From Elusimicrobiota bacterium (lineage in GTDB: Bacteria; Elusimicrobiota; Elusimicrobia; F11): a DNA stretch of 64,000 bases. Numbering within the stretch: the first letter of the stretch is position 1; the number at the start of each line of letters is the position of its first letter. This document shows positions 50,137-60,227 of the stretch, piece by piece. Location: NCBI GenBank assembly GCA_044221725.1, contig JBGAON010000002.1, positions 32,001-96,000 of the forward strand, written 5' to 3'. The position numbers and the translations under genes are program-made. Below the pieces are notes generated by a model. It saw only the letters and a program-made list of their open reading frames with translations, searched no databases and was not told where the DNA came from.

Positions 50137-50551
50137 ATTTCCAAAAATAAACGCGTCGGGTGACGACATGCGCGACATTCTTATGTCGGCCAAAAATATC
50201 GCGGTGGTTGGCATCTCGCCGAAAGAAGATCGGCCCAGCCATCGAATCGCTCGGTATTTGATGGATCAAGGGTACCGTGTGTTCGGTGTGAATCCCGGTA
50301 TCAGCGAGCTTTTTGGCCAAAAGGTTTACAAGTCGGTGTTGGATATTCCGGAGCCAATTGATGTTGTGGATATTTTTCGTTCCGCCGATGCCGTGCCAGA
50401 GATTGTGGAAGAAGCCATTCAGAAAAAGGCCAAAGTTATTTGGATGCAGCTCGGAATTGTGAACAACGCAGCGGCCGATCGTGCGCGCGCAGCGGGACTG
50501 AAAGTTGTGATGAACACATGCATTTCGGTGGCTCATTCCATGTATCTATGA
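50126..50551 (+). CDS. CoA-binding protein (YccU-like)
   Basis: IAVVGIS...RPS, DVVDIFR, WMQLG. Confidence 0.88.
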   Translation: MECEFPKINASGDDMRDILMSAKNIAVVGISPKEDRPSHRIARYLMDQGYRVFGVNPGISELFGQKVYKSVLDIPEPIDVVDIFRSADAVPEIVEEAIQKKAKVIWMQLGIVNNAAADRARAAGLKVVMNTCISVAHSMYL

Positions 50552-51771
50552 AATGGTATTCAACGCTTCATTCGTCGGCGTCGTTGGAGCGCGCGCTGCG
50601 CGCGGCGGCACGCGACGTCAAGGCGCGGCTAAATTCGCCACGCGCCGATCTCGGACTGTTGTTTATCTCGGCCGGATACCGCGCGGACGCTGTTGATTTG
50701 TGGCCGGTCCTCAAGGAAGAATTGCAGGTCAAACACTTGCTCGGGTGCACGGGCGGCGGCGTCATTGGCGGTGGCAAAGAAGTGGAAGAGCAATCCGCTG
50801 TGAGTTTGTCGGCGGCAATTCTGCCCGACGTTGAGATCACGCCGTTCGTGGTTCAGCAGGAAATGATGCCAACGCCAGACGTCGGTCCGAAAGCGTGGCG
50901 CGATCTTGTAAAAACCTCTCCTGACAAATCCCCCAGCTTTTTGATTCTTTCCGATCCGTTTTCGCTCGATGCGGATGCGCTCGTGGCCGGCCTTGATTTC
51001 GCATTTCCGAACGCTGTTAAAGTGGGCGGGCTCGCGTCGGGTGGAATGAGTCCCAATGAAAATCTTTTGTTGTCCGATGAGAAAATTCTGTCAAAAGGCG
51101 CCGTGGGGGTCGCGCTGTCCGGTGATGTGTTTGTCGAAGCGGTTGTCGCCCAAGGCTGTCGTCCCATTGGCGAACCGCTCAAAGTCACGGAATCCGACGG
51201 AAACATATTGATCAGCGTGGATAACAAATCGCCGCTCACCTATATTCAAGAGCTCTACGAGCGTTTGGAACCGAAGGATCAGGAATTGATTCAGACGTCG
51301 CTTTTTTTGGGCCTGCTCATGGATCCGTTCAACGCGTCGCCCAAACAAGGAGATTTCTTGATTCGCAACATTATCGGCTTGGATCAGAAAAAGGGAATCT
51401 TTGCGATCGGCGCGGGGCTTCGACCCGGTCAGACGGTGCAGTTCCATCTGCGCGACGCGAGCACATCGCGCGATGACATGAACATGATGCTCGCGAAATC
51501 GCAATCGGCGCAGCTTCGCACGATGGCGTCGGGGAATCCGTCGGAATCGGCGGCGATACTTTTTTCCTGTTTGGGTCGGGGCAAACGACTCTACGGGGAA
51601 CCGAATCACGATTCGTCTTTGTTGAAGTCCGTAATGGGAGATATTCCGGTCGGCGGTTTCTTCTGCAACGGAGAGATTGGTCCCGTCGGCGGTAAAACGT
51701 ATTTGCATGGTTACACAAGTTCAATCGCTGTTTTCTCACCGAAAAAAACCACGAACAAACATTCGTCGTAG
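50548..51771 (+). CDS. FIST domain protein
   Basis: GCTGGGVIG, GGLASG, QGCRPIG, FSCLGRG, GFFCNGEIGP. Confidence 0.9.
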   Translation: MKWYSTLHSSASLERALRAAARDVKARLNSPRADLGLLFISAGYRADAVDLWPVLKEELQVKHLLGCTGGGVIGGGKEVEEQSAVSLSAAILPDVEITPFVVQQEMMPTPDVGPKAWRDLVKTSPDKSPSFLILSDPFSLDADALVAGLDFAFPNAVKVGGLASGGMSPNENLLLSDEKILSKGAVGVALSGDVFVEAVVAQGCRPIGEPLKVTESDGNILISVDNKSPLTYIQELYERLEPKDQELIQTSLFLGLLMDPFNASPKQGDFLIRNIIGLDQKKGIFAIGAGLRPGQTVQFHLRDASTSRDDMNMMLAKSQSAQLRTMASGNPSESAAILFSCLGRGKRLYGEPNHDSSLLKSVMGDIPVGGFFCNGEIGPVGGKTYLHGYTSSIAVFSPKKTTNKHSS

Positions 51772-51801
51772 GCGTAAAACAGCAAAAGGAGAAGAGGTTT
51801 C

Positions 51802-53355
51802 ATGAACCGTAACGTTCGTTTTGCGCTTTATGTCGCAGTGCTCGCCAGTTTTTCCTCCGCTGTCTTATTGGGGGAACAAAGTTGGATCGATAAATTCATT
51901 CCGAAAAAAGAACCGCAAGTCGTAAGCGGTGCCGCCCAGAAACCGCTGGTTGAACCACCGGCCAACGTTCTTGCGTTGCAAGATGCGTTCGCGAAAGTGG
52001 CGGACGCTGTAAAGCCCGCGGTCGTGAATATCTCTGCGGTCTCCATCGCTCGCGTTCAAGACGAGCAAATGCCCGAATTTTATTATGGCGATCCGGACGA
52101 CCTGTTTCGTCAATTCTTTGGCGGGCAAGGCCAATCCCCGCAGCGTCCCCGTTCGCGGGAATTCCGTCGAGAAGGAACGGGCTCGGGCGTTATCATTGAT
52201 CCCGACGGTTACATTCTTACCAACAACCATGTCGTGCAAGACGCTGATCAATTGACGGTGACTCTGTCGAACGAGAAACAATACAAAGGGAAAGTGGTGG
52301 GTACCGACGCGCGCACAGATTTGGCCGTCATCCGAATCAAAGGTCCGAGCGCTTTTCCGTTTGTGCCGCTCGCCGACTCATCGAAGACGCGCATCGGCGA
52401 TTGGGTGCTCGCGTTCGGTTCGCCGTTTGGACTGGAACAGACGGTAACCTCCGGCATTATTTCGGCGATTCGCCAGTCGCTCAGCATCGAAGGAAAAACT
52501 TTCCGAAATTTGCTTCAGACCGACGCGGCGATCAACCGCGGCAACTCTGGCGGTGCGCTCGTGAATATTCGTGGCGAGCTCGTGGGTATCAACACGGCGA
52601 TCTACGCGCCGACGGGTGTTTTCTCAGGCATTGGCTTTGCCATTCCGGTGAACGACGCGAAGGTCGTGCTCAAGCAGTTGATTGAAAAAGGTTTCGTGGA
52701 GCGCAGTTGGATGGGCGTTGAAATCGCGCCCCTCGACGATGTGATCGCCGGCCAATTCGGTTTGGGTTCCACGGACGGAGCGCTTGTGAATCACGTTGTT
52801 GATGGTTCACCGGCCGCCAAGGCGGGGATCGAGCGCGGGGATGTCATCATTGAATTCGCCGGTAAGAAAGTTATGACGGTGCAAGGACTTCAAGACGCGG
52901 TAAGCGCGACGCCTCCGGGAAAATCCGTTCCGGTAAAGATCATGCGAGATGGTCAAACAAAGTTTTTAAATCTGAAAACCGAGACCATGCCAAAAAATGC
53001 AGGAACGCCGCAGGAAGAATCGGAAGATCAGCCGGCGAAGCCGTCGGGTGGCACCGTAAGTTGGCTCGGCGCGTCATTCAACGACTTAACGCCCGCCACA
53101 AAGCAGCGGTATGGGCTAAAAGGCGACGGCACGCCAATCCACGGCGTGGTAATCACCGATGTTCCAGCGAACAGCTTGGCGGCGGATGCGGGGCTTCGAG
53201 AAGGCGACGTGTTGCGCTCGGTCAATCGAACCGAGCTTCAATCCACGAACCACCTCAAGAACCTGAAGTCAAAACTCGACGCAAAGAAAGGCCTCGTGTT
53301 TGACGTGGTTCGCCAGGGCCGTTCGTTCTACCTTAGTTACAAAAGTCTGCAGTAA
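51802..53355 (+). CDS. degP: Do/DegP family serine protease with two PDZ domains
   Basis: TNNHV, DLAV, INRGNSGGAL catalytic triad motifs. Confidence 0.92.
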   Translation: MNRNVRFALYVAVLASFSSAVLLGEQSWIDKFIPKKEPQVVSGAAQKPLVEPPANVLALQDAFAKVADAVKPAVVNISAVSIARVQDEQMPEFYYGDPDDLFRQFFGGQGQSPQRPRSREFRREGTGSGVIIDPDGYILTNNHVVQDADQLTVTLSNEKQYKGKVVGTDARTDLAVIRIKGPSAFPFVPLADSSKTRIGDWVLAFGSPFGLEQTVTSGIISAIRQSLSIEGKTFRNLLQTDAAINRGNSGGALVNIRGELVGINTAIYAPTGVFSGIGFAIPVNDAKVVLKQLIEKGFVERSWMGVEIAPLDDVIAGQFGLGSTDGALVNHVVDGSPAAKAGIERGDVIIEFAGKKVMTVQGLQDAVSATPPGKSVPVKIMRDGQTKFLNLKTETMPKNAGTPQEESEDQPAKPSGGTVSWLGASFNDLTPATKQRYGLKGDGTPIHGVVITDVPANSLAADAGLREGDVLRSVNRTELQSTNHLKNLKSKLDAKKGLVFDVVRQGRSFYLSYKSLQ

Positions 53356-55053
53356 TTAACGGTTCGCGGGGCCTTTGTGCGTGAGAGCGCCTTCGCAGGC
53401 GGGGCCGACCAGTTGAGCGTACTTCCACAGCGCGCCCGCATTATAAACAGGTTTGCGCGGTTTCCATTTCTTAAGCCGTTTCTTAATTTCGGCCGCCGAC
53501 AAACGTACGTTTAATTTTCCTTTGATCGCATCGATCTCGATGATGTCGCCGTTGCGAACAGCCGCTATTGGGCCTCCCACTTGCGCTTCGGGTCCAACGT
53601 GGCCAATCATAAGACCGCGTGTTGCGCCGCTGAAACGTCCGTCGGTCAAAAGCGCGCAGTCGTAACCCAATCCTTGTCCGACGATCGCGGCCGTCACGCC
53701 CAACATTTCTCGCATGCCGGGGCCGCCTTTCGGTCCTTCGTAGCGGATGATCACGCAATCGCCGCGTTTGATTTTGTTGGCTTTGACCGCCGCGAACGCT
53801 GCATCTTCACCGTCGAACACTTTCGCTGGGCCAACGTGCACGCGCTTTTTGACACCGGCCACTTTGATGACCGCGCCTTCCGGAGCAAGATTGCCGCGCA
53901 GAATGACAAGGCCGCCAGTTTTGTCGAGCGCCTTATTGATGGGCAAGATAACGTCCTGGCCTTCTTTGAGCGTGACACCAGCCAAATTTTCTTTGATCGT
54001 CTTGCCGGTCACGGTCATGCAATCACCGTGCAGAAGCCCCGCGTCGAGCAAGACTTTCAGGATCGCCGGCACACCGCCCGCGTTGTACACGTCTTGCATC
54101 ACGTAGCGTCCGCCGGGTTTTAAGTCCGCAATCACCGGTGTGCGGTGGGAAATCTTTTGGATTTCTTCAAACGTAAGCTTGAGCCCCGCTTCGTTTGCTA
54201 GGGATGGTAGATGGAGCGCCGCATTCGTGGATCCGCCGGTAGCCGCCACAATGGTCACCGCGTTTTCGAGTGCTTTTTTCGTGACGATGTCGCGGGGACG
54301 AATACCTTTGCGAAGCAAGTTCATTGCCGCTTCGCCGCACTTTGTCGCGAACCGGTCGCGTTCCAAGTTTTCGGCGGGGGGGGCGCTCGAGAATGGAAGG
54401 GCCAAGCCAATTGCTTCGGCGACACACGCCATGGTGTTCGCCGTAAATTGCCCGCCGCAGGAACCTGCGCCTGGGCAAGCGGAACATTCCATTTCCAAAA
54501 GTTCTTTGTCGCTCATGTTGCCGGCCGCGTGCGCTCCGACGGCTTCGTACACATCTTGGATTGTCACGTCGTGACCTTGGTACTGGCCCGGTTTGATGGT
54601 TCCACCATAAAGGAAAACGGCTGGAACATTGAGGCGCAGCATAGCCATCATCATGCCGGGCAAAGATTTGTCGCAGCCGGCGAGCGCCACGAGCGCATCG
54701 TAGCAGTGCGCGCGCATCATAAGCTCGACCGAGTCCGCGATGACCTCGCGGCTGATCAATGATGCCTTCATCCCTTCGTGTCCCATCGCGATTCCGTCCG
54801 AAACCGCAATTGTTACGAATTCGCGCGGCGTGCCGCCCGCGTTAATAACGCCCAGTTTTGCGGCGGAGGCTTGGCGGTTCAGCGTCAAGTTGCACGGCGT
54901 CGCTTCGTTCCATGAACTGGCAACACCAACGAACGGACGTTTTAAATCTTCATCGCCCAATCCCATTGCGCGCAAGAATGCACGGTGCGGAGCGCGTTCG
55001 GCACCTTCGGTGACAGTTTTTGAATGTTTTTTGAGGCTTAAGTCGGTCGACAT
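53356..55053 (-). CDS. ilvD: Dihydroxy-acid dehydratase
   Basis: PCN, GCDKS, CGGQFTANTM, GPKGGPGMREM, TDGRFSG; AAGGAG RBS before ATG 55053. Confidence 0.96.
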   Translation of the reverse strand: MSTDLSLKKHSKTVTEGAERAPHRAFLRAMGLGDEDLKRPFVGVASSWNEATPCNLTLNRQASAAKLGVINAGGTPREFVTIAVSDGIAMGHEGMKASLISREVIADSVELMMRAHCYDALVALAGCDKSLPGMMMAMLRLNVPAVFLYGGTIKPGQYQGHDVTIQDVYEAVGAHAAGNMSDKELLEMECSACPGAGSCGGQFTANTMACVAEAIGLALPFSSAPPAENLERDRFATKCGEAAMNLLRKGIRPRDIVTKKALENAVTIVAATGGSTNAALHLPSLANEAGLKLTFEEIQKISHRTPVIADLKPGGRYVMQDVYNAGGVPAILKVLLDAGLLHGDCMTVTGKTIKENLAGVTLKEGQDVILPINKALDKTGGLVILRGNLAPEGAVIKVAGVKKRVHVGPAKVFDGEDAAFAAVKANKIKRGDCVIIRYEGPKGGPGMREMLGVTAAIVGQGLGYDCALLTDGRFSGATRGLMIGHVGPEAQVGGPIAAVRNGDIIEIDAIKGKLNVRLSAAEIKKRLKKWKPRKPVYNAGALWKYAQLVGPACEGALTHKGPANR

Positions 55054-55135
55054 GAATTTCTCCTTAAATGATCGTGACACGTAAATGATAGTTTTTTGCT
55101 AAAAAGAATGTCTCATTTTAAAGTCGGAGGACCCA

Positions 55136-55327
55136 ATGCCGAAAAAGCAGCCCGCGAAGAAAAAACTTGAGAAGAAAGCGCCGAAAGTTAAGAAGGTGAG
55201 GAAAAAGGCAGACTTGGACTTGGATGATGAGGACGATGTTGATGACGATTACGAAGGAGATGTCGGCGAAGAAGTGGATGAAGTAGGGGCCGAACCGGTT
55301 TATTCAAAAGAAGATGACGAATTGTAG
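55136..55327 (+). CDS. Small low-complexity protein (Lys-rich N-half, acidic C-half)
   Basis: GGAGG RBS; 63-aa ORF heading the downstream operon. Confidence 0.65.
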   Translation: MPKKQPAKKKLEKKAPKVKKVRKKADLDLDDEDDVDDDYEGDVGEEVDEVGAEPVYSKEDDEL

Positions 55328-55345
55328 TTTGTTGCCACGCGCGTT

Positions 55346-56296
55346 GTGGCAACCATAGTTGTTACGGGCGCCGCGGGGTTCATTGGAATGTGGACCTGCG
55401 AAGCGCTTCTGAAGCAAGGGCATCGTGTTGTCGGTATCGACAACTTTAATTCCTATTACGATGTGAATTTGAAACGCGCGCGCGCGAAGCGGTTGGCCAA
55501 GAAAGTAAAAATTTCGGAGATTGATATCGCCAACCACGACGCGGTGAACGCGTTTTTTAAATCAAATCCCGCCGATAAAGTGGTGCACCTGGCCGGCCAA
55601 GCCGGTGTTCGCTATTCGCTTGAGAATCCGTATATCTATGAGCAGTCGAACAGTATGGGCACGCTGAACATCCTCGAGGCGTGTCACCGAAACAACATCA
55701 AATCGTTGGTGCTGGCTTCTTCCTCGTCAGTGTACGGCGGCAATACGAAAATTCCGTTTTCGGTTAGCGATGCGGTGGATACGCCGGTGTCGTTGTACGC
55801 GGCCACAAAACGCTACAACGAATTGTTGGCGTACACCTACCATCATTTGTACGGCATGCATTGCACGATCTTGCGATTCTTCACGGTGTACGGACCGTGG
55901 GGGCGGCCGGACATGGCGTATTTCACGTTCACAAAGTCAATTCTCGCGGGAGAAGAAATCCCCGTGTACAACAAAGGCAACATGAAGCGCGACTTCACGT
56001 ACGTGACGGACATTGTCGAAGGCGTATGCGCGGCCGTGGAAAAGGATTTTGAATACGAGATTTTCAATCTTGGGAATTCGCAGCCGGTAAATCTCGACAA
56101 TTTTGTGCGAACGATCGAAGGCGCGCTCGGCAAACAAGCGAAACGAAAAATGATGCCGATCCAGCCCGGTGATGTCCCGGAAACCTATGCGAACATTGAA
56201 CTGTCGCGCCGCAAGCTTGGCTTCGCACCGAAAGTAAAACTCGAAGACGGCATCCGCGAGTTTGTGAACTGGTACAAGACCTACTACCGGGTCTAA
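55346..56296 (+). CDS. NAD-dependent epimerase (UDP-glucuronate 4-epimerase-like)
   Basis: TGAAGFIG, QAGVRYS, YAATK, RFFTVYGPWGRPDMA. Confidence 0.9.
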   Translation: MATIVVTGAAGFIGMWTCEALLKQGHRVVGIDNFNSYYDVNLKRARAKRLAKKVKISEIDIANHDAVNAFFKSNPADKVVHLAGQAGVRYSLENPYIYEQSNSMGTLNILEACHRNNIKSLVLASSSSVYGGNTKIPFSVSDAVDTPVSLYAATKRYNELLAYTYHHLYGMHCTILRFFTVYGPWGRPDMAYFTFTKSILAGEEIPVYNKGNMKRDFTYVTDIVEGVCAAVEKDFEYEIFNLGNSQPVNLDNFVRTIEGALGKQAKRKMMPIQPGDVPETYANIELSRRKLGFAPKVKLEDGIREFVNWYKTYYRV

Positions 56297-56299
56297 CGC

Positions 56300-57706
56300 G
56301 TGACGATTTCCTTAAGTTTTTTCGGTGCGGCCGACGAGGTCACCGGCTCCCGCCACTTGCTCACCTGTAACAATCAGCGGATTCTGCTCGATTGCGGCTT
56401 GTTTCAAGGGCATCGCCGGGAAGCCATCGAAAAAAACAAATCGTTTCCGTTTGACGCAAAAAAAATATCGACGGTTTTGTTGTCGCACGCGCACATCGAT
56501 CATTCGGGCGGCTTGCCGATGTTAACGAAAGCGGGTTTTAATAATCCCATCCATTCGACGTTACCCACCGCTGATTTGTGCCGTTTTATGTTGATTGATT
56601 CCGCGCATCTTCAGGAAGAGGACGCGAAATTTTTCAACAAGATTCATGCGGCCGACGGAGAAACGATCGAACCGTTGTACACTCAGGCGGATGCCGAGGC
56701 TGCGAACGCCCTTTTTAACCCCCATGGTTACAACGATATGTTTTCGCTTGGCGCGGGCGTCGGCGCACGGTTCTTAAACGCGGGACACGTGCTGGGTTCG
56801 GCGATGGTGCAATTGGAACTCGATACGCCGAAGGGGAAAAAGCGAGTTCTGTTCACCGGCGACCTGGGACGCCGGAAAGCCTTGTTGATGAATCCGCCGG
56901 AGATCCCGAATCCAACCGATATTTTGATCATCGAAAGTACGTACGGCGATCGAACTCATCCGCCGCTAACGAACATTGAGGAGACGTTCGCGACACTGAT
57001 TAAGCGCGCGATCGCCGAGCACGGGAAAATTTTAATTCCAAGTTTTGCGCTTGAGCGCACGCAAGAAATCGCTTTCATCTTGGAGCGGTTGCGCAAAACA
57101 AACCGCATTCCACCCATTCATATTTATGTGGATAGCCCGATGGCCGTGAACATCACCGAGATTTTCCAGAAACATTTGGATTGTTATTGTTTGGCGCCGG
57201 ATTTCCAACGCTACGCCGAGAAAGTAGGGGATCCGTTTGGTTTCGAAACGATCCGTTACGTCCGTACCGTGGAAGAATCAAAGAGCCTCAATAACGTGAA
57301 AGGGCCGCATATTATTATCTCGGCGTCCGGAATGTGCGAAGGCGGCCGCATCTTGCATCACCTGCGTAACAACATTGGACTCGACAACACAACCGTTTTG
57401 CTTGTCGGTTACCAAGCCCAAGGAACCTTGGGCCGGCGACTTCAAGAGGGCGCAAAAAAAGTAAGAATTTTCGGCCTGCAACACGACGTGCGCGCGCGCA
57501 TCGAAACGATGCACAATTTCTCGGCGCATGCCGATCAAGACGATTTAATTTGGTTTATCAAAGGGATGGATCCGCGGCCGCAGCAAATTTTTCTCGTGCA
57601 CGGTGACGACGAAGACCGAAAGGCGTTCGCGGGAAAATTGAAATCGTTGGGCATCGACCGCGTGCAGACACCGATGTTCGGGCAGCAATTTCCGCTTTTC
57701 CAATGA
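56300..57706 (+). CDS. MBL-fold beta-CASP ribonuclease
   Basis: SHAHIDHSG, AGHVLGS, ESTYG, FSAHAD. Confidence 0.9.
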   Translation: MTISLSFFGAADEVTGSRHLLTCNNQRILLDCGLFQGHRREAIEKNKSFPFDAKKISTVLLSHAHIDHSGGLPMLTKAGFNNPIHSTLPTADLCRFMLIDSAHLQEEDAKFFNKIHAADGETIEPLYTQADAEAANALFNPHGYNDMFSLGAGVGARFLNAGHVLGSAMVQLELDTPKGKKRVLFTGDLGRRKALLMNPPEIPNPTDILIIESTYGDRTHPPLTNIEETFATLIKRAIAEHGKILIPSFALERTQEIAFILERLRKTNRIPPIHIYVDSPMAVNITEIFQKHLDCYCLAPDFQRYAEKVGDPFGFETIRYVRTVEESKSLNNVKGPHIIISASGMCEGGRILHHLRNNIGLDNTTVLLVGYQAQGTLGRRLQEGAKKVRIFGLQHDVRARIETMHNFSAHADQDDLIWFIKGMDPRPQQIFLVHGDDEDRKAFAGKLKSLGIDRVQTPMFGQQFPLFQ

Positions 57707-59529
57707 TTATCTTAGGAATCTCCGCTTTTTATCACGATAGCGCCGCCTGTATCCTCAAGGACGGCGAAATCCTGTTTGCCGCGCAAGAAGAGCGTTACAC
57801 GCGCATCAAACACGATCGTAATTTCCCGGTGAACGCGATCGCGCAGGGCTTGAAACAGACCGGACTCACCTTCAAAGACATCGACTACGTTTCCTATTAC
57901 GACAAGCCGCTCCTCACGTTCGAGCGCTTGTTTGAGACGTGGTTGGCGTTCGCGCCGCAGGGCTTGCGTGCGTTCATGACAGCCCTGCCGGTGTGGCTTA
58001 ACGAAAAACTGTTTCTCTCGAAAGAAATCGACAAGGGTTTGAGCAACGAATATTCAGGCCCGCTGCAATACATGCGTCATCACCAATCGCATGCGGCGTC
58101 CGCGTTTTATCCATCGCCGTTTCAAGAAGCGGCTGTGCTCACGATCGATGGCGTCGGCGAATGGAGCACAACGACGATCGGAATGGGGCACGATCATCGG
58201 CTGGAACTATTAAAGGAAATTCGTTTTCCGCATTCGCTCGGACTTCTCTACAGCGCGTTCACGTATTACCTCGGTTTTCGAGTGAATTCCGGTGAATACA
58301 AAGTGATGGGTTTGGCGCCGTACGGTACCCCGCGCTTCGCGGATTTGATTCATAAACACCTGATCGATCTGAAACCGGACGGATCGTTCTGGATGGACAT
58401 GAATTATTTTAATTATTGCCAGGGCCTGACGATGACGAACGAGAAATTTCATGATTTGTTTGGCGGCGCTCCGCGATCGCCGGAATCGCCGTTGTCGCAA
58501 CGTGAAATGGATTTGGCGGCGTCCGTGCAAAAGGTGTGCGAAGACGTGATGCTCGCGCTCGCGCGGCACGCTAAGAAAATTACCGGTTCTGATTATTTGA
58601 CGATGGCGGGTGGCTGCGCGCTCAATTGCGTGGCGAACGGACTCATCTCGAAAGAAAAAATCTTTAAACGCATTTTCATTCAGCCGGCGGCCGGAGATGC
58701 CGGTGGAAGTTTGGGGGCCGCGCTTTTGTCCTGGCACGAAGTGCTCGGTAACAAGCGCGTCGCGCTAGCGAACGATTCTCAGAAAGGAAGTTATCTTGGG
58801 CAGGCGTATAAAGACGATGAGATCACACCGTTTTTGAATCGGGCGAAGGCGCCTTACACGAAATTCAGCGATAGTGAATTCCCGGATCGTGTGGCCGATG
58901 AACTCGCGGCCGGGAAGGTGGTGGGATTTTTTCACGGCCGCATGGAGTTTGGTCCGCGCGCGCTCGGCGGTCGCAGCATTATTGGCGATCCGCGCCGCAC
59001 GGACATGCAGGCGAAAATGAATTTGAAAATCAAGTTTCGCGAGTCGTTCCGGCCGTTTGCACCGGTCGTGCTCGAAGAAAAAGCGACGGAATATTTCGAT
59101 TTGAAAGAAGAGAGCCCCTATATGTTGCTCGTGGCGCCGGTTCAAGAAACACACCGGAATCCGAACGCTCCCGCCGAATCAAAAGGAAAAACCGGAATTG
59201 AATTGCTTAATTTAAAGCGTTCGGATGTTCCGGCCATCACGCATGTGGATTACAGCGCGCGCGTACAGACGCTCACGAAAGAGCGAAACGGTATGTTCTA
59301 TTCGGTGGCCGAAGCGTTCAACAAGAAAACGGGATGCCCGGTCCTCATCAACACGAGTTTCAATATTCGTGGGGAACCGATCGTGAACACGCCCGAAGAT
59401 GCCTACCGCTGCTTTATGTACACGGACATGGATGTGCTTGTGCTCGGAAATTGCATTTTGCTGAAAGAAGAACAGCCGCCGATGCCCGGTGCCGACGAAT
59501 ACAAAAGGAAATTCACAAAGGCCGACTGA
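57703..59529 (+). CDS. NodU/CmcH-family O-carbamoyltransferase (SxtI-like)
   Basis: YHDSAA, HHQSHAASA, EFGPRALG, KFRESFRPFAP, NTSFN. Confidence 0.93.
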   Translation: MIILGISAFYHDSAACILKDGEILFAAQEERYTRIKHDRNFPVNAIAQGLKQTGLTFKDIDYVSYYDKPLLTFERLFETWLAFAPQGLRAFMTALPVWLNEKLFLSKEIDKGLSNEYSGPLQYMRHHQSHAASAFYPSPFQEAAVLTIDGVGEWSTTTIGMGHDHRLELLKEIRFPHSLGLLYSAFTYYLGFRVNSGEYKVMGLAPYGTPRFADLIHKHLIDLKPDGSFWMDMNYFNYCQGLTMTNEKFHDLFGGAPRSPESPLSQREMDLAASVQKVCEDVMLALARHAKKITGSDYLTMAGGCALNCVANGLISKEKIFKRIFIQPAAGDAGGSLGAALLSWHEVLGNKRVALANDSQKGSYLGQAYKDDEITPFLNRAKAPYTKFSDSEFPDRVADELAAGKVVGFFHGRMEFGPRALGGRSIIGDPRRTDMQAKMNLKIKFRESFRPFAPVVLEEKATEYFDLKEESPYMLLVAPVQETHRNPNAPAESKGKTGIELLNLKRSDVPAITHVDYSARVQTLTKERNGMFYSVAEAFNKKTGCPVLINTSFNIRGEPIVNTPEDAYRCFMYTDMDVLVLGNCILLKEEQPPMPGADEYKRKFTKAD

Positions 59530-59530
59530 C

Positions 59531-59941
59531 ATGACACCGAAAATTAACTGGCAACCGTCGAACACCGATATTCGGAAATTCGGAAAAACGGTTTTAATAG
59601 GCTTCTTAATCATTGGTGCGCTTTTCTTCTGGCGCGGGCGTCGTCCTGTGGCGGAGATCATGGTTGGCGTGTCGGCCGTTGTCGCGGTTCTTTCTTATGC
59701 GGTGCCCGCTCTTGCGAAGCCGTTTTACTTTGTGTGGATGGGTTTCGGATTCGTTATGGGTTCGATCATGTCGCGCGTTATCCTCGCGATTATTTTTTAC
59801 GCTATCATCTCGCCGGTCGCGCTCGTGTTTCGTCTCATCGGCCGCGATGAACTGAAAAGAAAAAAAACGTCATCCGCAACGACGTATTGGGAAGACCACC
59901 CAAAGATTACCGATCCTGAGTACTACGAACATTTGTTTTAA
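59531..59941 (+). CDS. SxtJ-family membrane protein
   Basis: IRKFG, WM.FG..MG.I, GRDEL, TYW; follows the carbamoyltransferase. Confidence 0.8.
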   Translation: MTPKINWQPSNTDIRKFGKTVLIGFLIIGALFFWRGRRPVAEIMVGVSAVVAVLSYAVPALAKPFYFVWMGFGFVMGSIMSRVILAIIFYAIISPVALVFRLIGRDELKRKKTSSATTYWEDHPKITDPEYYEHLF

Positions 59942-59950
59942 GGAGAATTT

Positions 59951-60109
59951 ATGGCTAACCGAACCACCTTGCTGGGCGAGTTTTGGTTGTTTCTTAAAAA
60001 CAACAAGAAATGGTGGCTTCTGCCGATTGTGATCGTCACGTTGTTGCTTGGCGCACTGATATTTTTCTCAAGCACGCCCGCGGCACCCTTTATCTATACG
60101 CTGTTTTAA
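59951..60109 (+). CDS. DUF5989 / SxtK-like small membrane protein (not in ORF track)
   Basis: Hand translation gives MANRTTLLGEFWLFLKNNKKWWLLPIV...APFIYTLF (52 aa); AGGAG RBS. Confidence 0.85.
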   Translation: MANRTTLLGEFWLFLKNNKKWWLLPIVIVTLLLGALIFFSSTPAAPFIYTLF

Positions 60110-60142
60110 TTGCACCGCGTTTTAAGCGTATTTTTATTTCCT

Positions 60143-60164
60143 AATGTAACGAAATCGTTACATT
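60143..60164. promoter_or_regulatory. Perfect palindromic operator candidate
   Basis: AATGTAACGA-AA-TCGTTACATT. Confidence 0.65.
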
Positions 60165-60227
60165 GTTATAGAGCAAATTAACTCCCGCTAAAGGGCGTTT
60201 TAAGCTGAGATTAATAGAATTTCTCCT

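Noticed and set aside
57703..60109. Saxitoxin biosynthesis cluster
   Set aside because: Only the I/J/K-like genes are present; no sxtA, sxtG or other pathway genes in the window.
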